Assembly (NCBI GenBank): GCA_016182555.1
Contig: JACPGJ010000007.1
Location: 128,053-192,052, forward strand
Reading direction: 5' to 3'
DNA: 64,000 nt
Origin: Candidatus Kerfeldbacteria bacterium
Lineage (GTDB): Bacteria; Patescibacteriota; Patescibacteriia; UBA9570; XYC2-FULL-38-9
Under the pieces are notes generated by a model. The model saw only the letters and a list, made by a program, of their open reading frames with translations. It did no database searches and was not told the DNA's origin. The position numbers and the translations under genes are program-made. Below are positions 18,094 to 28,198 of the stretch, piece by piece. How positions within the stretch are numbered: position 1 is the stretch's first letter; the number at the start of each line of letters is the position of its first letter.

Positions 18094-19597
18094 GTTGCAC
18101 GTTGCTCAACCGTTTCTCTGTTTTCTCTTTTAACTCACTCAAAAAGTGAGTGCGCTGTACCAGGTAATGATCTCGTTCGGCTTCTGCTCTTTTCAATACT
18201 CGTTGCCATGCATGTAACTCTTTCTGTCGCTCTTGTTCATTGGTCAACGATAGCTTCTGCAAATCTGTGGTAGAAAAATGTTCAATAAGCAAACTCGCTT
18301 CTTCTATTCGATCTTCACTCACTAAAATTGCATGTTCTAAGCGATAAAATGTGTTACAAAAATTCACCAATGCCTCAACCGTCGGCAGATCATATTCTTC
18401 CATAAACGCACGCAAAAATGTTTGCGTATTTTGCATTTCTATAGACCTATCTGTTGACGACATGATCTCTTCTGCTCGGCGTAATTGTTCAAAATGCGCT
18501 TTGTCTGTTAATAATTCAACCGCCTGCTCGACATGGTGTTTAATCCGCCAATCTAAATCATAATTGTGAATATACTGCTCCTGTAACGCCGGTAAGGCCA
18601 GTACCCGCAGCCCACCAATTTTCGTATAATCGTCTTGCATCGCCTTGGTATTGATGCGAGTTTCAGCAAAGCATTCGATGGGATATTTATACACTTGATT
18701 GTCTTGGTCATTCTGCACATAGATATATCCTTTCAAAATACGTACATCTGGTTCACCAGGGATCAACACAAACCCATCGGTATCATAGCGGTCAGTGGAT
18801 GTTTCTTCTGTATGGTGAATACGAAAATATTCTTGAGCTGCATCTTTGTAAAGCATTCCTTTTTGTTTGGCCAATGCTTGAATTTCTCTATCTTGTTTCT
18901 GTGGTTCAGTACGCGGTGGATAGGTAGGGCGAAAAAACCCGAAACGCACCAACCGATCTTTGAAGCGCCTCAACATATCGACATTTTTTACGGCAAAATC
19001 ACCATCGCCGGGAACGCGAGAGAGGAAATCATTTATGCGTTCCTGCAGTGCTGCTGGAACTGCTGCCCACTGCTCTGGCGTATGACGAATTTGTGACAAA
19101 TGTAGATAGAGTGCTGTACTAGAATACATCACATAAGGAATATCTGAATCACGAAATACCTCAGCAATGGCATTGAGCCCAAGCATTATGACATGTCGTT
19201 TGGTTTCTAACGGAACCGATGGGTCTTCCGTACTCTTTGCCGTAGCGATTTTATATTCCAATGTTGCCAAATCGTTATATTGCTCTGCTGGAGGTTCCAC
19301 CGGAAACCCCGCAGTGATGTGCTCCAACTGCTCTGGGCGAAAAGTTTCTAACGGACGCTCTGCTGCTGCTTCTCTGACTTGTTCAAAATTCAAAAAATAT
19401 TCCGACGGATAACCAATTGTTCCTGCTCTCAAATCGCTTGTCGTGATTCGACGGCCAGGACGTATTCTTATTTCTTTCACATCCCTTGGTGGCAATTTTT
19501 GTGCATCTCCCCTCGGATGATGTGATATATATGGCTGATGTTCATTTACCATAAATATATAATACCACAAAAAGGATATATTTGCAAGTTTCGCCAA
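18068..19597 (-). CDS. hypothetical cytoplasmic protein (509 aa), no family recognised
   Basis: Long ORF with no TM segments and a coiled-coil-rich C-terminus. No motif I can assign confidently. Confidence 0.4.
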   Translation of the reverse strand: MAKLANISFLWYYIFMVNEHQPYISHHPRGDAQKLPPRDVKEIRIRPGRRITTSDLRAGTIGYPSEYFLNFEQVREAAAERPLETFRPEQLEHITAGFPVEPPAEQYNDLATLEYKIATAKSTEDPSVPLETKRHVIMLGLNAIAEVFRDSDIPYVMYSSTALYLHLSQIRHTPEQWAAVPAALQERINDFLSRVPGDGDFAVKNVDMLRRFKDRLVRFGFFRPTYPPRTEPQKQDREIQALAKQKGMLYKDAAQEYFRIHHTEETSTDRYDTDGFVLIPGEPDVRILKGYIYVQNDQDNQVYKYPIECFAETRINTKAMQDDYTKIGGLRVLALPALQEQYIHNYDLDWRIKHHVEQAVELLTDKAHFEQLRRAEEIMSSTDRSIEMQNTQTFLRAFMEEYDLPTVEALVNFCNTFYRLEHAILVSEDRIEEASLLIEHFSTTDLQKLSLTNEQERQKELHAWQRVLKRAEAERDHYLVQRTHFLSELKEKTEKRLSNVQLIRDLLAA

Positions 19598-19640
19598 TGC
19601 GGCTGGCGGCGTATAATAAAGTGGCTCAACCTATACAGCT

Positions 19641-21686
19641 ATGCCTATTAATGATATTCCCATAACCGATCTTCACGGTGTCGGCGAAGTGCTGGCAAAA
19701 CGACTCTTGTACATCGGAATCAAAACGGTTCGCGATTTGGTTTTTTATTTTCCGCGCGACTATGAAGATTTATCTGTTGTGCAACCGATCGCCGCGGCGC
19801 AAGAAGGTGAAAAAATAAACATCAAAGGAAAAATTGAACGCATCAATACACAACGAACGTTTCGCAAACGAATGGCGGTGATTCAAGCACGTGTAAAAGA
19901 TGAAACCGGTGCGCTGAATGTCGTTTGGTTTAATCAACCATATCTGCAAGAACAACTGAAGGTGGGTGATGAATTACAATTGTCCGGTGTGGTAAAACGT
20001 GATCGTTATGGATTATCGCTCCACAGCCCAGTGTATGAAAAAGTTTCTGCATCACGTGAATTGATTCATACCGGACGGATTGTGCCGAAATATTCATTAA
20101 CTGCTGGCATCACCCAAAAACAGATTCGCTACTTGATGAAACAATCGTTAAGCCGCGTATTGCCGATTGCCGATTTTTTGCCACCAGAAATTGTTTCGAC
20201 ATATTCGCTCTTAGCGTTGACCGATGCACTGCGAGGCATTCATTTTCCAGAAAATGAAATGCATTTTGAACAGGCCAAACGACGATTGGAATTTGAAGAA
20301 TTATACGTAGCGCAATTAATGGCGCAATGTATTCGAAAAGATATAGCGCAACAAACAGCGCCAACATTGAAGCTACATGAACAGGAGTTGCAACAGTTCG
20401 TCAGCACACTTCCCTTTCGTCTCACCAATGCACAACGTCGTGCGGCGTGGGCGATTTTACAAGACCTGGAAAAAACCCACCCCATGAATCGGTTGCTGGT
20501 GGGTGATGTTGGGTCTGGAAAAACGATCGTCGCGGCAATGGCGATGTGGAACACCGTGCTCTGTGGTAAACAGGCCGTGTTGATGGCTCCAACAGAAATT
20601 TTAGCGCAACAGCATACACAGTATTTGGAAAAACTATTTGCTCATGCTGATATACAAATTGAATTGTGGACATCGCGAACAAGCAAAGAAAAAAAACAGC
20701 TCACTGATATACAGAAAAAACACCCCAATATTATTATCGGGACACATGCATTGCTACAAGATTATGCACGGTTTGAGAATGTTGGCTTGGTTATTATTGA
20801 CGAACAACATCGTTTCGGTGTTCGCCAAAGAAAATTCTTAAAAGAACATTCCGGTGTTCATACAATGATGCCCCATTTATTGTCGATGACCGCTACACCA
20901 ATCCCCCGCACCTTCGCTCTTGCGGCATACGGCGACTTAGATATTTCCATTATCGATGAACAACCACCTGGGCGAAAACCTGTCATGACTCGATTAGTGC
21001 CACGCGAAAAACGAATAGTTGCTTATCGCTGGCTACAAAAACATATCGTCAACGGCGAACAGGTATTTGTGATTTGTCCGATCATTGAAGAATCAGACAC
21101 CCTGGGAGTGAAGTCGGTGAGTGCGGAATCCCTGCGCCTGCGAGATGTATTTCCTGGCGTTCGCATAGAAATGCTGCACGGAAAAATGAAAGGTACAGAA
21201 AAAGACGCGATTATGGAAAACATGCGTGCAGGAAAAATTGATATTTTAGTATCGACATCAGTGATTGAAGTTGGAGTCGATATTCCAAATGCAACAATTA
21301 TGCTCATTGAAGATGCCGATCGATTTGGGCTGGCGCAACTCCATCAATTTCGCGGACGGGTCGGCCGGTCAAACAAGCAATCGTATTGCTTATTGTTTAC
21401 GAATGCGCAATCGGCAAAAACAGTGGAGCGTTTAGATGCACTCACCAAAAGTCAAAATGGGTTTCAGTTGGCAGAATATGATTTGAAGCTACGTGGTGCA
21501 GGTGAATTGTACGGCACCGCGCAATCTGGCTTTTCACCCTATTTTTTAACCAGCTTGCAACAGCCGGAGCTCATACAAGAAACTCGTGAGGCCGCGCTAA
21601 AAACGATGGATACCAATCTCATTACCCATTATCCATTACTGCAAGAAAAACTCAATGCCCGGTTGCTGGATGTACACTTGGAATAA
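19641..21686 (+). CDS. recG: ATP-dependent DNA helicase RecG
   Basis: 681 aa. Wedge/OB N-terminal domain. Helicase motifs GDVGSGKT (Walker A), DEQHRFG (DEQH box), and QFRGRVGR (motif VI). Confidence 0.9.
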   Translation: MPINDIPITDLHGVGEVLAKRLLYIGIKTVRDLVFYFPRDYEDLSVVQPIAAAQEGEKINIKGKIERINTQRTFRKRMAVIQARVKDETGALNVVWFNQPYLQEQLKVGDELQLSGVVKRDRYGLSLHSPVYEKVSASRELIHTGRIVPKYSLTAGITQKQIRYLMKQSLSRVLPIADFLPPEIVSTYSLLALTDALRGIHFPENEMHFEQAKRRLEFEELYVAQLMAQCIRKDIAQQTAPTLKLHEQELQQFVSTLPFRLTNAQRRAAWAILQDLEKTHPMNRLLVGDVGSGKTIVAAMAMWNTVLCGKQAVLMAPTEILAQQHTQYLEKLFAHADIQIELWTSRTSKEKKQLTDIQKKHPNIIIGTHALLQDYARFENVGLVIIDEQHRFGVRQRKFLKEHSGVHTMMPHLLSMTATPIPRTFALAAYGDLDISIIDEQPPGRKPVMTRLVPREKRIVAYRWLQKHIVNGEQVFVICPIIEESDTLGVKSVSAESLRLRDVFPGVRIEMLHGKMKGTEKDAIMENMRAGKIDILVSTSVIEVGVDIPNATIMLIEDADRFGLAQLHQFRGRVGRSNKQSYCLLFTNAQSAKTVERLDALTKSQNGFQLAEYDLKLRGAGELYGTAQSGFSPYFLTSLQQPELIQETREAALKTMDTNLITHYPLLQEKLNARLLDVHLE

Positions 21687-21687
21687 A

Positions 21688-23016
21688 TTATCTATCCAAA
21701 CCAAGTTGGGTAATGGCTTGACGCAAGCTTTTTGCTGTTTTTGGAGAAATAACACTCGACAACCCAAACCGCTTTGCTTCTTTTGTTCGATCTTTCTCCC
21801 GTGCTACTGAGCGAACTTCTCCACCCAGGCCAACCTCTCCCCAGCAAATCGTTTCTGTTGAAACAGCAATATTGCGAAGTGCAGAGACCAATGCTGCGCA
21901 AATTGCCAAATCCATCGCGGGCTCACGAAAAGCACTCCCGCCAACAATATTCAAATATACATCATGCTGTTCAAAGGAACAATCCGCTCGTTGCCCCAAT
22001 ACCGCCAACAATAGATTCAAACGATTCACATCAAAACCAGATGCTTTACGTTGCGGAAACCCAAAACTGGTTTTGGACACCAATGCTTGCACTTCCACCA
22101 AAAAAATACGACTCCCCTCCATCACCGCGGTTAAACACGAACCGGCAACCGCTGATCGCTCTTGCACAAATACCTGCGACGGATCTTGCACTTCTTGCAA
22201 ACCCCGCGCTTGCATATCAAACACCCCCACTTCGTTCGTTGCGCCGAAACGATTTTTCACCGCACGTAATAAACGAAATTGGTGGTGTCGTTCTCCTTCC
22301 AAATACAACACCGTATCAACAATATGTTCCAATGTCTTTGGTCCACCCAACTCCCCGCCTTTGGTCACATGGCCGATAATAATAATCGGAATATTGGTGC
22401 TTTTCGCCACTTCTAAAAAACGCACCGTCGAAGCCTTAATTTGATTAACGCTCCCCGGTTCACTTTCTACACTCGATGACGCCACGGTTTGAATAGAATC
22501 AATAATAACCAACGCCGGTTTGGTTTCCAAAATCGTTTTACAAATGACCTCTACATGTTCTTCACTCACAAACAATAATTGCTGTTGCGCTATACCTAAC
22601 CGGTCAAGGCGTAATTTAATTTGCTGCGCAGATTCTTCGCCAGATACATAGAGCACAGATGCTTGTACACTGCCAGCGATTTGGGCAACAAGGGTAGACT
22701 TACCAATGCCGGGGTCACCGCCAAGAAGAATCAACGAACCAGGGACAATACCACCACCAAGTACGCGATCACATTCGCCAATGCCCGTACTGACTCGTGC
22801 AACAGCGCCTTCTGTTATTTCAGAAAAGCGCAACGGTTTGACTGCAGCAACCGCACCAAGGTTATATGCGCGCTGCTGTTTTGCTGTAGCGGGTAGGTCA
22901 GCGGTACGTTGTTCCAAGGTTCCCCACTTGCCGCATTCTTCGCACCTCCCCGACCATTTCGGAAATTGGGCGTCGCAATTGCTGCAGCTAAAAATAATTT
23001 TTGGTGTTGCACTCAT
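21688..23016 (-). CDS. radA: DNA repair protein RadA/Sms
   Basis: C4 zinc finger (CSNCDAQFPKWSGRCEECGKW). RecA-like Walker A (GGDPGIGKSTL). KNRFG motif (AVKNRFGATNEVGVFDM). Lon-protease-like C-terminal domain. The ORF track start at 23070 would overlap the upstream gene; the internal Met at 23016 is more likely. Confidence 0.9.
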   Translation of the reverse strand: MSATPKIIFSCSNCDAQFPKWSGRCEECGKWGTLEQRTADLPATAKQQRAYNLGAVAAVKPLRFSEITEGAVARVSTGIGECDRVLGGGIVPGSLILLGGDPGIGKSTLVAQIAGSVQASVLYVSGEESAQQIKLRLDRLGIAQQQLLFVSEEHVEVICKTILETKPALVIIDSIQTVASSSVESEPGSVNQIKASTVRFLEVAKSTNIPIIIIGHVTKGGELGGPKTLEHIVDTVLYLEGERHHQFRLLRAVKNRFGATNEVGVFDMQARGLQEVQDPSQVFVQERSAVAGSCLTAVMEGSRIFLVEVQALVSKTSFGFPQRKASGFDVNRLNLLLAVLGQRADCSFEQHDVYLNIVGGSAFREPAMDLAICAALVSALRNIAVSTETICWGEVGLGGEVRSVAREKDRTKEAKRFGLSSVISPKTAKSLRQAITQLGLDR

Positions 23017-23020
23017 AAAC

Positions 23021-24085
23021 CTAATAGGTCGTATCAACAACACTTCCTCCACAACTACAACCAGAAACATCTAATCCTGGGCAAACTCCACACACAGATG
23101 TACTACCCGTATAACCAAAATGATGATCTTCGGTAATATGATTATGCTTGCTGGTTGATGGATTAAAATCTGGGTTATAGTTCAATACCTTCCAACCATA
23201 ACTGTTTGCTCCAATAACATTATATCCAGAAGTAGATTTATTCGTTACAACACAACCACCTTCATTACCACATGCCAGCCAATTATATTGAGCAATGGAG
23301 AGTGAACTGATATTCAAATCAACCGCACCTCCAGAAATATGCCCTTGATCACTACAATCCGGATCAGAAGGATGATCGCCAATACTATTGTCATGTAAAC
23401 ACTGCTGGTAACTAAACGAACGAAACATGTGGTTGGCGGGTATCTTCTTATTAAACTTTGCGTAAAATGTTGCCGCCATTAAATTCCAAGATCCCGCCGC
23501 ATTTGGTGCCAATTTGTGTACTGCCTTGGTAAGCATTTTTTGTGTGTATCGCGAGTCTACCGTAACCAAACCAGTGCACGTGGCATCATCCACGGTATTT
23601 GGACACACCCCTTTCGTATCGGTTGGTAACGGTGGTGCTTCAGATGCTTCAAAATCTTCTACTGGTGGCGTATTGGGTTTTGGAACAACAATGCTAGATA
23701 AGTCGGTCAATTTTGGATTCAAGGTATGCAAAATAAGGTAAGAACTCAATGCAAGCACTAACCCAGCCAAAGCGCTTGTTATTCCATCTTTGGCTTTAGT
23801 AATCGTGCCAGAATTTCCAGCTGCCGCCGCCCAGCGTAAACCATTATACATAATCATTACCGTGGCAAGAATAGCCACCGCACCAACAGCAAATTGATAG
23901 AGCGCTCCCATATAGTCCGCCAAATTGGTGGCAATAATTTTTGAACCAATACCAATTTCTAACTGAACAGGCGGGTTTGTTTGCGCAAATACTACTGCTG
24001 GGAACAAGACAAGAAGCGTCGCAAGAAAAAATTTATTTTTGTGCGTGGTCAATTTCATCTTGAACAATTTTTTTAATGTCATCAT
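23021..24085 (-). CDS. secreted/membrane protein fusing a VirB2/TrbC-pilin-like hydrophobic hairpin to a Cys-rich LAS/M15-type zinc peptidase-like domain
   Basis: 354 aa. Signal peptide (..LVLFPAVVFAQ). Two hydrophobic helices separated by a short polar loop (LYQFAVGAVAILATVMIMYNGL - RWAAAAGNSGTITKAKDG - ITSALAGLVLALSSYLILHTL). Then a domain with a peptidase M15-like SxHxxGxAxD pattern (SDQGHISGGAVDL) and a downstream ExxH (ITEDHHFGY), plus many Cys. Confidence 0.4.
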   Translation of the reverse strand: MMTLKKLFKMKLTTHKNKFFLATLLVLFPAVVFAQTNPPVQLEIGIGSKIIATNLADYMGALYQFAVGAVAILATVMIMYNGLRWAAAAGNSGTITKAKDGITSALAGLVLALSSYLILHTLNPKLTDLSSIVVPKPNTPPVEDFEASEAPPLPTDTKGVCPNTVDDATCTGLVTVDSRYTQKMLTKAVHKLAPNAAGSWNLMAATFYAKFNKKIPANHMFRSFSYQQCLHDNSIGDHPSDPDCSDQGHISGGAVDLNISSLSIAQYNWLACGNEGGCVVTNKSTSGYNVIGANSYGWKVLNYNPDFNPSTSKHNHITEDHHFGYTGSTSVCGVCPGLDVSGCSCGGSVVDTTY

Positions 24086-24782
24086 ACGTTTGAATCCCGC
24101 TGACTATTCTATTATTAATGTAATACGTCGGTGCTTCATCAACATCGAGTGATTTAGCAATGAAATATCCTTGCACGATCATCGATTTTTTTGCGGTATC
24201 CGAGAGACAGGTCGTAAATATATCCGTATCCAACCCTAAGTCGCCCGCCATAGTCACCCACGGACCCAGCACAAATTGAGATTGTTTCTGAAGCAACACA
24301 TCATGATACTGCCAAAATGCTCCCTGGTCTTGTGCACAACGCGCTGCCACAGCAGCATCTTCAGCGTATGGATGGACATTCGGTAAAGGAAAATCTTTCC
24401 ACACATGCAATACATCGCTCGGGTACTCAGCCACAATTTGCGCAATAACGCCGCTCATGGCTGCACAATTCTGACATTCAAAATCACCGAATTCAATAAT
24501 CGTGACTGTCGGTTTTGTCGCACCACGTTGTGGGTCAGTCACAAGTGGGTGTGGTTTTCCTCCTAATATTTCTTTGGGGACAACCGTCACCAATGGATCC
24601 ACTGATCGCGCAATAGTAGAATTATATAAACCTGAGTCATCTTTATGGCGCGCTTTTTCAACGCGCGCATTGATAATTTGTTGTATCACGCCCATCAATA
24701 CAATAGCAGCAACAAAAACGATAACCGAAAAGGTCATGAATAATGTTGATCGATGTTTTGGTTGAATAGGCATAATGCGCAA
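24033..24782 (-). CDS. membrane-anchored thioredoxin-fold DsbA-like thiol-disulfide oxidoreductase (CxxC = CQNC)
   Basis: 249 aa. N-terminal TM helix. FGDFECQNCAAM active-site-like motif. DsbA-like length and layout. Confidence 0.55.
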   Translation of the reverse strand: MRIMPIQPKHRSTLFMTFSVIVFVAAIVLMGVIQQIINARVEKARHKDDSGLYNSTIARSVDPLVTVVPKEILGGKPHPLVTDPQRGATKPTVTIIEFGDFECQNCAAMSGVIAQIVAEYPSDVLHVWKDFPLPNVHPYAEDAAVAARCAQDQGAFWQYHDVLLQKQSQFVLGPWVTMAGDLGLDTDIFTTCLSDTAKKSMIVQGYFIAKSLDVDEAPTYYINNRIVSGIQTYDDIKKIVQDEIDHAQK

Positions 24783-26033
24783 TTATGGTAAGTCAATTTT
24801 CACTAACTTTCCACTCTTTTTATCACGGAAATAGAGCGTGGAACCGTCCTTTCCAACAAAAATGTCATCCACCGTATATGCCGGGTTTCCCTGGTCATCC
24901 ACCGGTACGGCAATACGCTCTTTTAAACCCGTATTGAGATCAACACGATAAATATCATCTGTGGTTCCATCCAAAACATCTGGTTCAATACCCGAACCGA
25001 ACTTCTGCTCTGATGGCACACCACAGTACACAACGGTGCTCGTTGAATTAAATGCGCACTTATCCGGTGAGGTATGTAATTGGAGTTCTTCTCTATTTTT
25101 CCCAATATCATCTCCATTCGCATCTACTAACCACAACGATGGCTGATAACCCGTTGACGCAGAGTACACACTATACAACAGTTGTTGGCCATTGGGTGAG
25201 TATTCGGTTTTGAGACCACGCCCATCTACCACAGCGCCTTTGAAATTTTCTCCATGCAAACCGATAAATGTGAGCTCTTGGTCCGAGCCATTCACAAATT
25301 CTGAATACGTCGCCACCACATTTCCCGTCGGTGACCAGTCGACATTCACTTTATCACCATTTTGCCCAAGTGACTCCAACGTACGAATGCTGGAACCATC
25401 TGGGTTTGCCACTCCCAACGCCCGCCGCTCTTCTTCCTCGGCCATATATTTAAAAGCAATCTGGCTCGAGTTTGGAGAAAAATCAAAATCTTCAAATTCT
25501 TTCGGTAATGTCACTTGACGTTTCGTATCTAAATGATAATACACATTGGAACCATCGGGGAATTCTAAAATCACTTCATTACTGGTATCAGACCAGGTCA
25601 CATGATCAACATAAGGAAATTGCGCTTCAGCAATTTGAACAATATCGCCATTGTCATTGACAGAATAAAATTTTCCATCATCTGGGTTGTAATACCGAAT
25701 ACTTCCACTGCTACTTGGCGCCGGATTCTGCGCCTCTGAATTGGGTGTTAATACATCTGTTTCGGTTAAACCACCGTTGGCCACAGGGCTCACGCCAGGC
25801 AACCCTCCGCCACCACCGTCATTGGTATTACCGCCACCATTGATATTACCGAGTGGTTCATTCACATTGGGTAAAGCACCATTTGTATTATTCACGTTTT
25901 CATTGCCGCCTGGTGTCGTGCCTGGGGTACCACGAAAAAAAACAATATACAGCAAATAGCCTAAACCAACAGCAATGATCAACAGGATCACTGCGTAGAA
26001 AATACGTTTATTTCGCTCAGATTGTATAGGCAT
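24783..26033 (-). CDS. membrane-anchored TolB-like beta-propeller protein
   Basis: 416 aa. N-terminal TM helix. Gly/Asn-rich linker. Repeated TolB-type blades (YNPDDGKFYSV, WSDTSNEVILEF, FSPNSSQIAFKY, WSPTGNVVATYS, YSPNGQQLLYSV). Confidence 0.5.
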   Translation of the reverse strand: MPIQSERNKRIFYAVILLIIAVGLGYLLYIVFFRGTPGTTPGGNENVNNTNGALPNVNEPLGNINGGGNTNDGGGGGLPGVSPVANGGLTETDVLTPNSEAQNPAPSSSGSIRYYNPDDGKFYSVNDNGDIVQIAEAQFPYVDHVTWSDTSNEVILEFPDGSNVYYHLDTKRQVTLPKEFEDFDFSPNSSQIAFKYMAEEEERRALGVANPDGSSIRTLESLGQNGDKVNVDWSPTGNVVATYSEFVNGSDQELTFIGLHGENFKGAVVDGRGLKTEYSPNGQQLLYSVYSASTGYQPSLWLVDANGDDIGKNREELQLHTSPDKCAFNSTSTVVYCGVPSEQKFGSGIEPDVLDGTTDDIYRVDLNTGLKERIAVPVDDQGNPAYTVDDIFVGKDGSTLYFRDKKSGKLVKIDLP

Positions 26034-26069
26034 AGAATGAATATATTATACCATATATAGAAAATAATT

Positions 26070-27221
26070 TCATAGCACGCTCCCACTGACAAATAATGAA
26101 TAGAGAACTTTTAAGGTGTCGAAATTCAGTAATAAGGCTGGGCTCAATGTCATAAAGAGCATCACCAAAAGAATGATAAAGCCAATCATTAAAATACCAA
26201 ATATAATAATGATGATAAGACCAATGACAATTCCACGAAGCATGGGCGACCGAGCCAACAATGTCAGTACAACCTTCCACGGACCCGGGGGTGCGAGCTT
26301 GGCTGCACGAGAGAGCAATGCTTCTAAGCCACCACCGGAGCCACGTTGACCTTGCTGTTCTTGGCTTGCATCTTCCTCATCTTCTGTTTCTTCGTTATTC
26401 TCCTCTTCATCTTCATCTTCGCCTTGTTCCGTTTGTTCTTGGCGGCGTTGTCTTAATAACTCCGCTTGACGGGCTCCTTCCTCTTCACTGTTTTTCGCAT
26501 CAGCACCGTCATCTTTTTCTGGTGAAGTATCATCTTCTGTATCTTGTCGTGATCCTTCTGCTGCACCGGCAGACGCTTCTTCATCTTGCTCGTCTTGTTC
26601 ATCTGCATCATTAAATTCGTTATCATCATCGTCATCTTCTTCGTTCAATTCATCTTCTGCTTCTTCGTCATCATTATCATCTTCATCTTCGCCTGGCCAC
26701 TGTTTCAGTTGTTCAAATCCATCAACAATTTCACGAACACGCGCAGCTGGAGATTGCCCTCGAAGTTTCGGATTCTGCGCAACAGCCACATTCTCCCCTT
26801 CTTTCTGGCGTTCTGCACGCAACGCGGCTGGTGTGTTGGGTTTTGGCGAAATAGTTTGCTTATCCGAATCATCATCCGCATTATCAGAACTATCATCAAT
26901 TGAAGCATGTTGTAGACGAGTCATATCTGCAGCCTGAGCTGCCTCTGCATCCGAAATATCTGTCGGTGTTTGGGCAATGCGTTGTCCAAAACTAGCAATG
27001 TCTGGATAAGAACGATCTAATTGTTGAATCGCTTTCTGTGCAGCCGCAGAAGGATTTCCCGTTCGTTGTTGAAGCATTCGGGCATAACGCGCTGCTGCCT
27101 GCTGTTGCGGGGTAGACGTCGTGGTAGTATTCAGCAATCCTAACGCCTCATTCAATGTTTTGGTCATTGAACGTTTAATCCGTTGCCGTGTCTGTTGTTG
27201 GTTGGAAGGAGTAAGCGCCAT
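26070..27221 (-). CDS. highly acidic (Asp/Glu-rich) protein with a C-terminal hydrophobic membrane anchor, T4SS-cluster-associated
   Basis: 383 aa. Long DE-rich low-complexity middle section. C-terminal TM segments (IVIGLIIIIIFGILMIGFIILLVMLFMTL). Confidence 0.4.
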   Translation of the reverse strand: MALTPSNQQQTRQRIKRSMTKTLNEALGLLNTTTTSTPQQQAAARYARMLQQRTGNPSAAAQKAIQQLDRSYPDIASFGQRIAQTPTDISDAEAAQAADMTRLQHASIDDSSDNADDDSDKQTISPKPNTPAALRAERQKEGENVAVAQNPKLRGQSPAARVREIVDGFEQLKQWPGEDEDDNDDEEAEDELNEEDDDDDNEFNDADEQDEQDEEASAGAAEGSRQDTEDDTSPEKDDGADAKNSEEEGARQAELLRQRRQEQTEQGEDEDEEENNEETEDEEDASQEQQGQRGSGGGLEALLSRAAKLAPPGPWKVVLTLLARSPMLRGIVIGLIIIIIFGILMIGFIILLVMLFMTLSPALLLNFDTLKVLYSLFVSGSVL

Positions 27222-27223
27222 AA

Positions 27224-27556
27224 TTATCCAAAAATCTTTTTTCGCAACACACCATCGTCATGCAGATACTGGTCCTGAAACAATTGTCGCTGACGCTCCG
27301 CTTCGGTCGCGCTACATTCTCCGCGTTCTTCTTGCCAATCAATACGATAGAGTAACAGTGCATATAACGCCATCATCGCTGCGAGCACCGCTTCTCCCGC
27401 TTCCTCTATTTTGGTTTGTGGTGCTAGAGTATTCGCCACCTGTTGTAATTGTTCGGTCTTCTCACGCAACGCTGCCCGTACACGCTCTATCTCTTGGTCA
27501 ATAGCAACACCAGAATCCAACGATGCATGTTGATGTTCAATAACAAGATTATCCAT
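27224..27556 (-). CDS. small coiled-coil hypothetical protein, T4SS-cluster-associated
   Basis: 110 aa, helical. Tightly packed between neighbours on the same strand. Confidence 0.35.
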   Translation of the reverse strand: MDNLVIEHQHASLDSGVAIDQEIERVRAALREKTEQLQQVANTLAPQTKIEEAGEAVLAAMMALYALLLYRIDWQEERGECSATEAERQRQLFQDQYLHDDGVLRKKIFG

Positions 27557-28177
27557 TTATTGCCAGGTGATATTATCCACTTTCCAATTCCCGTTGACAT
27601 ACAAAAAATCGACCAATGCGTACTGCGTAAACGCACGCGGATCTTCATTTGTTTTCGTCTCTACACGCCGAGTGCCCACACGTGCAGTGGCGGATTCTTT
27701 AGCCGTATAAGCTGTTAATTCAACTGAATTAGCGGTCGTGGAAATACCGTAATAGTCTTCTGGAATACCATCGGTGTGGTTTTTTTCAATAAACGCGAGG
27801 GATTCTTGCTGGAACTCTTCGGTCATAAATGGTTCCAGGCGAGTAATATTTTCATAATTATTCCGGTTCGAAAAGCTGCCATAACGTTCTACAACAATAC
27901 GCGCCAAACGCATTACCAGTTCTTCTTGTGTCGTCTGTGCCGTTGTGTCCGTATTCGTATTGTCGCCACCGGTGTTGGTATTTGTTCCATCACCGCCCGT
28001 GCCACTATTCACATTTGGTAAAGCATTATTCGTATTCTGCTGTTCATTCGTGTTCTGAGTGTTCGTATTATTATCGTCTGTTGAGGAACGCCGAGCAAAC
28101 AATATACCGGCAACGATTAAGCCAACAACAGCCAGCGCACAGAAAACCAGAATGATGATTTTAAGAGATTTTTGCAT
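27557..28177 (-). CDS. bitopic membrane protein with a C-terminal NTF2-like domain, candidate VirB8-like component
   Basis: 206 aa. N-terminal TM helix (IIILVFCALAVVGLIVAGILFA). Asn/Thr-rich linker. ~120-aa C-terminal domain of VirB8-like size and topology. Assignment is by architecture and position next to VirB4. Confidence 0.35.
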   Translation of the reverse strand: MQKSLKIIILVFCALAVVGLIVAGILFARRSSTDDNNTNTQNTNEQQNTNNALPNVNSGTGGDGTNTNTGGDNTNTDTTAQTTQEELVMRLARIVVERYGSFSNRNNYENITRLEPFMTEEFQQESLAFIEKNHTDGIPEDYYGISTTANSVELTAYTAKESATARVGTRRVETKTNEDPRAFTQYALVDFLYVNGNWKVDNITWQ

Positions 28178-28198
28178 ACATGCTATCTATTATCGCAA

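Noticed and set aside
19597-19641. Possible recG promoter (perfect TATAAT at about 19607-19612)
   Set aside because: No acceptable -35 at 16-18 nt spacing (best is TTTCGC), so it is not listed as a feature.
26261-26908. Plus-strand ORFs (117 aa, 105 aa) opposite the acidic protein gene
   Set aside because: They are mirror-frame artefacts of the GAA/GAT-rich low-complexity coding sequence on the minus strand.
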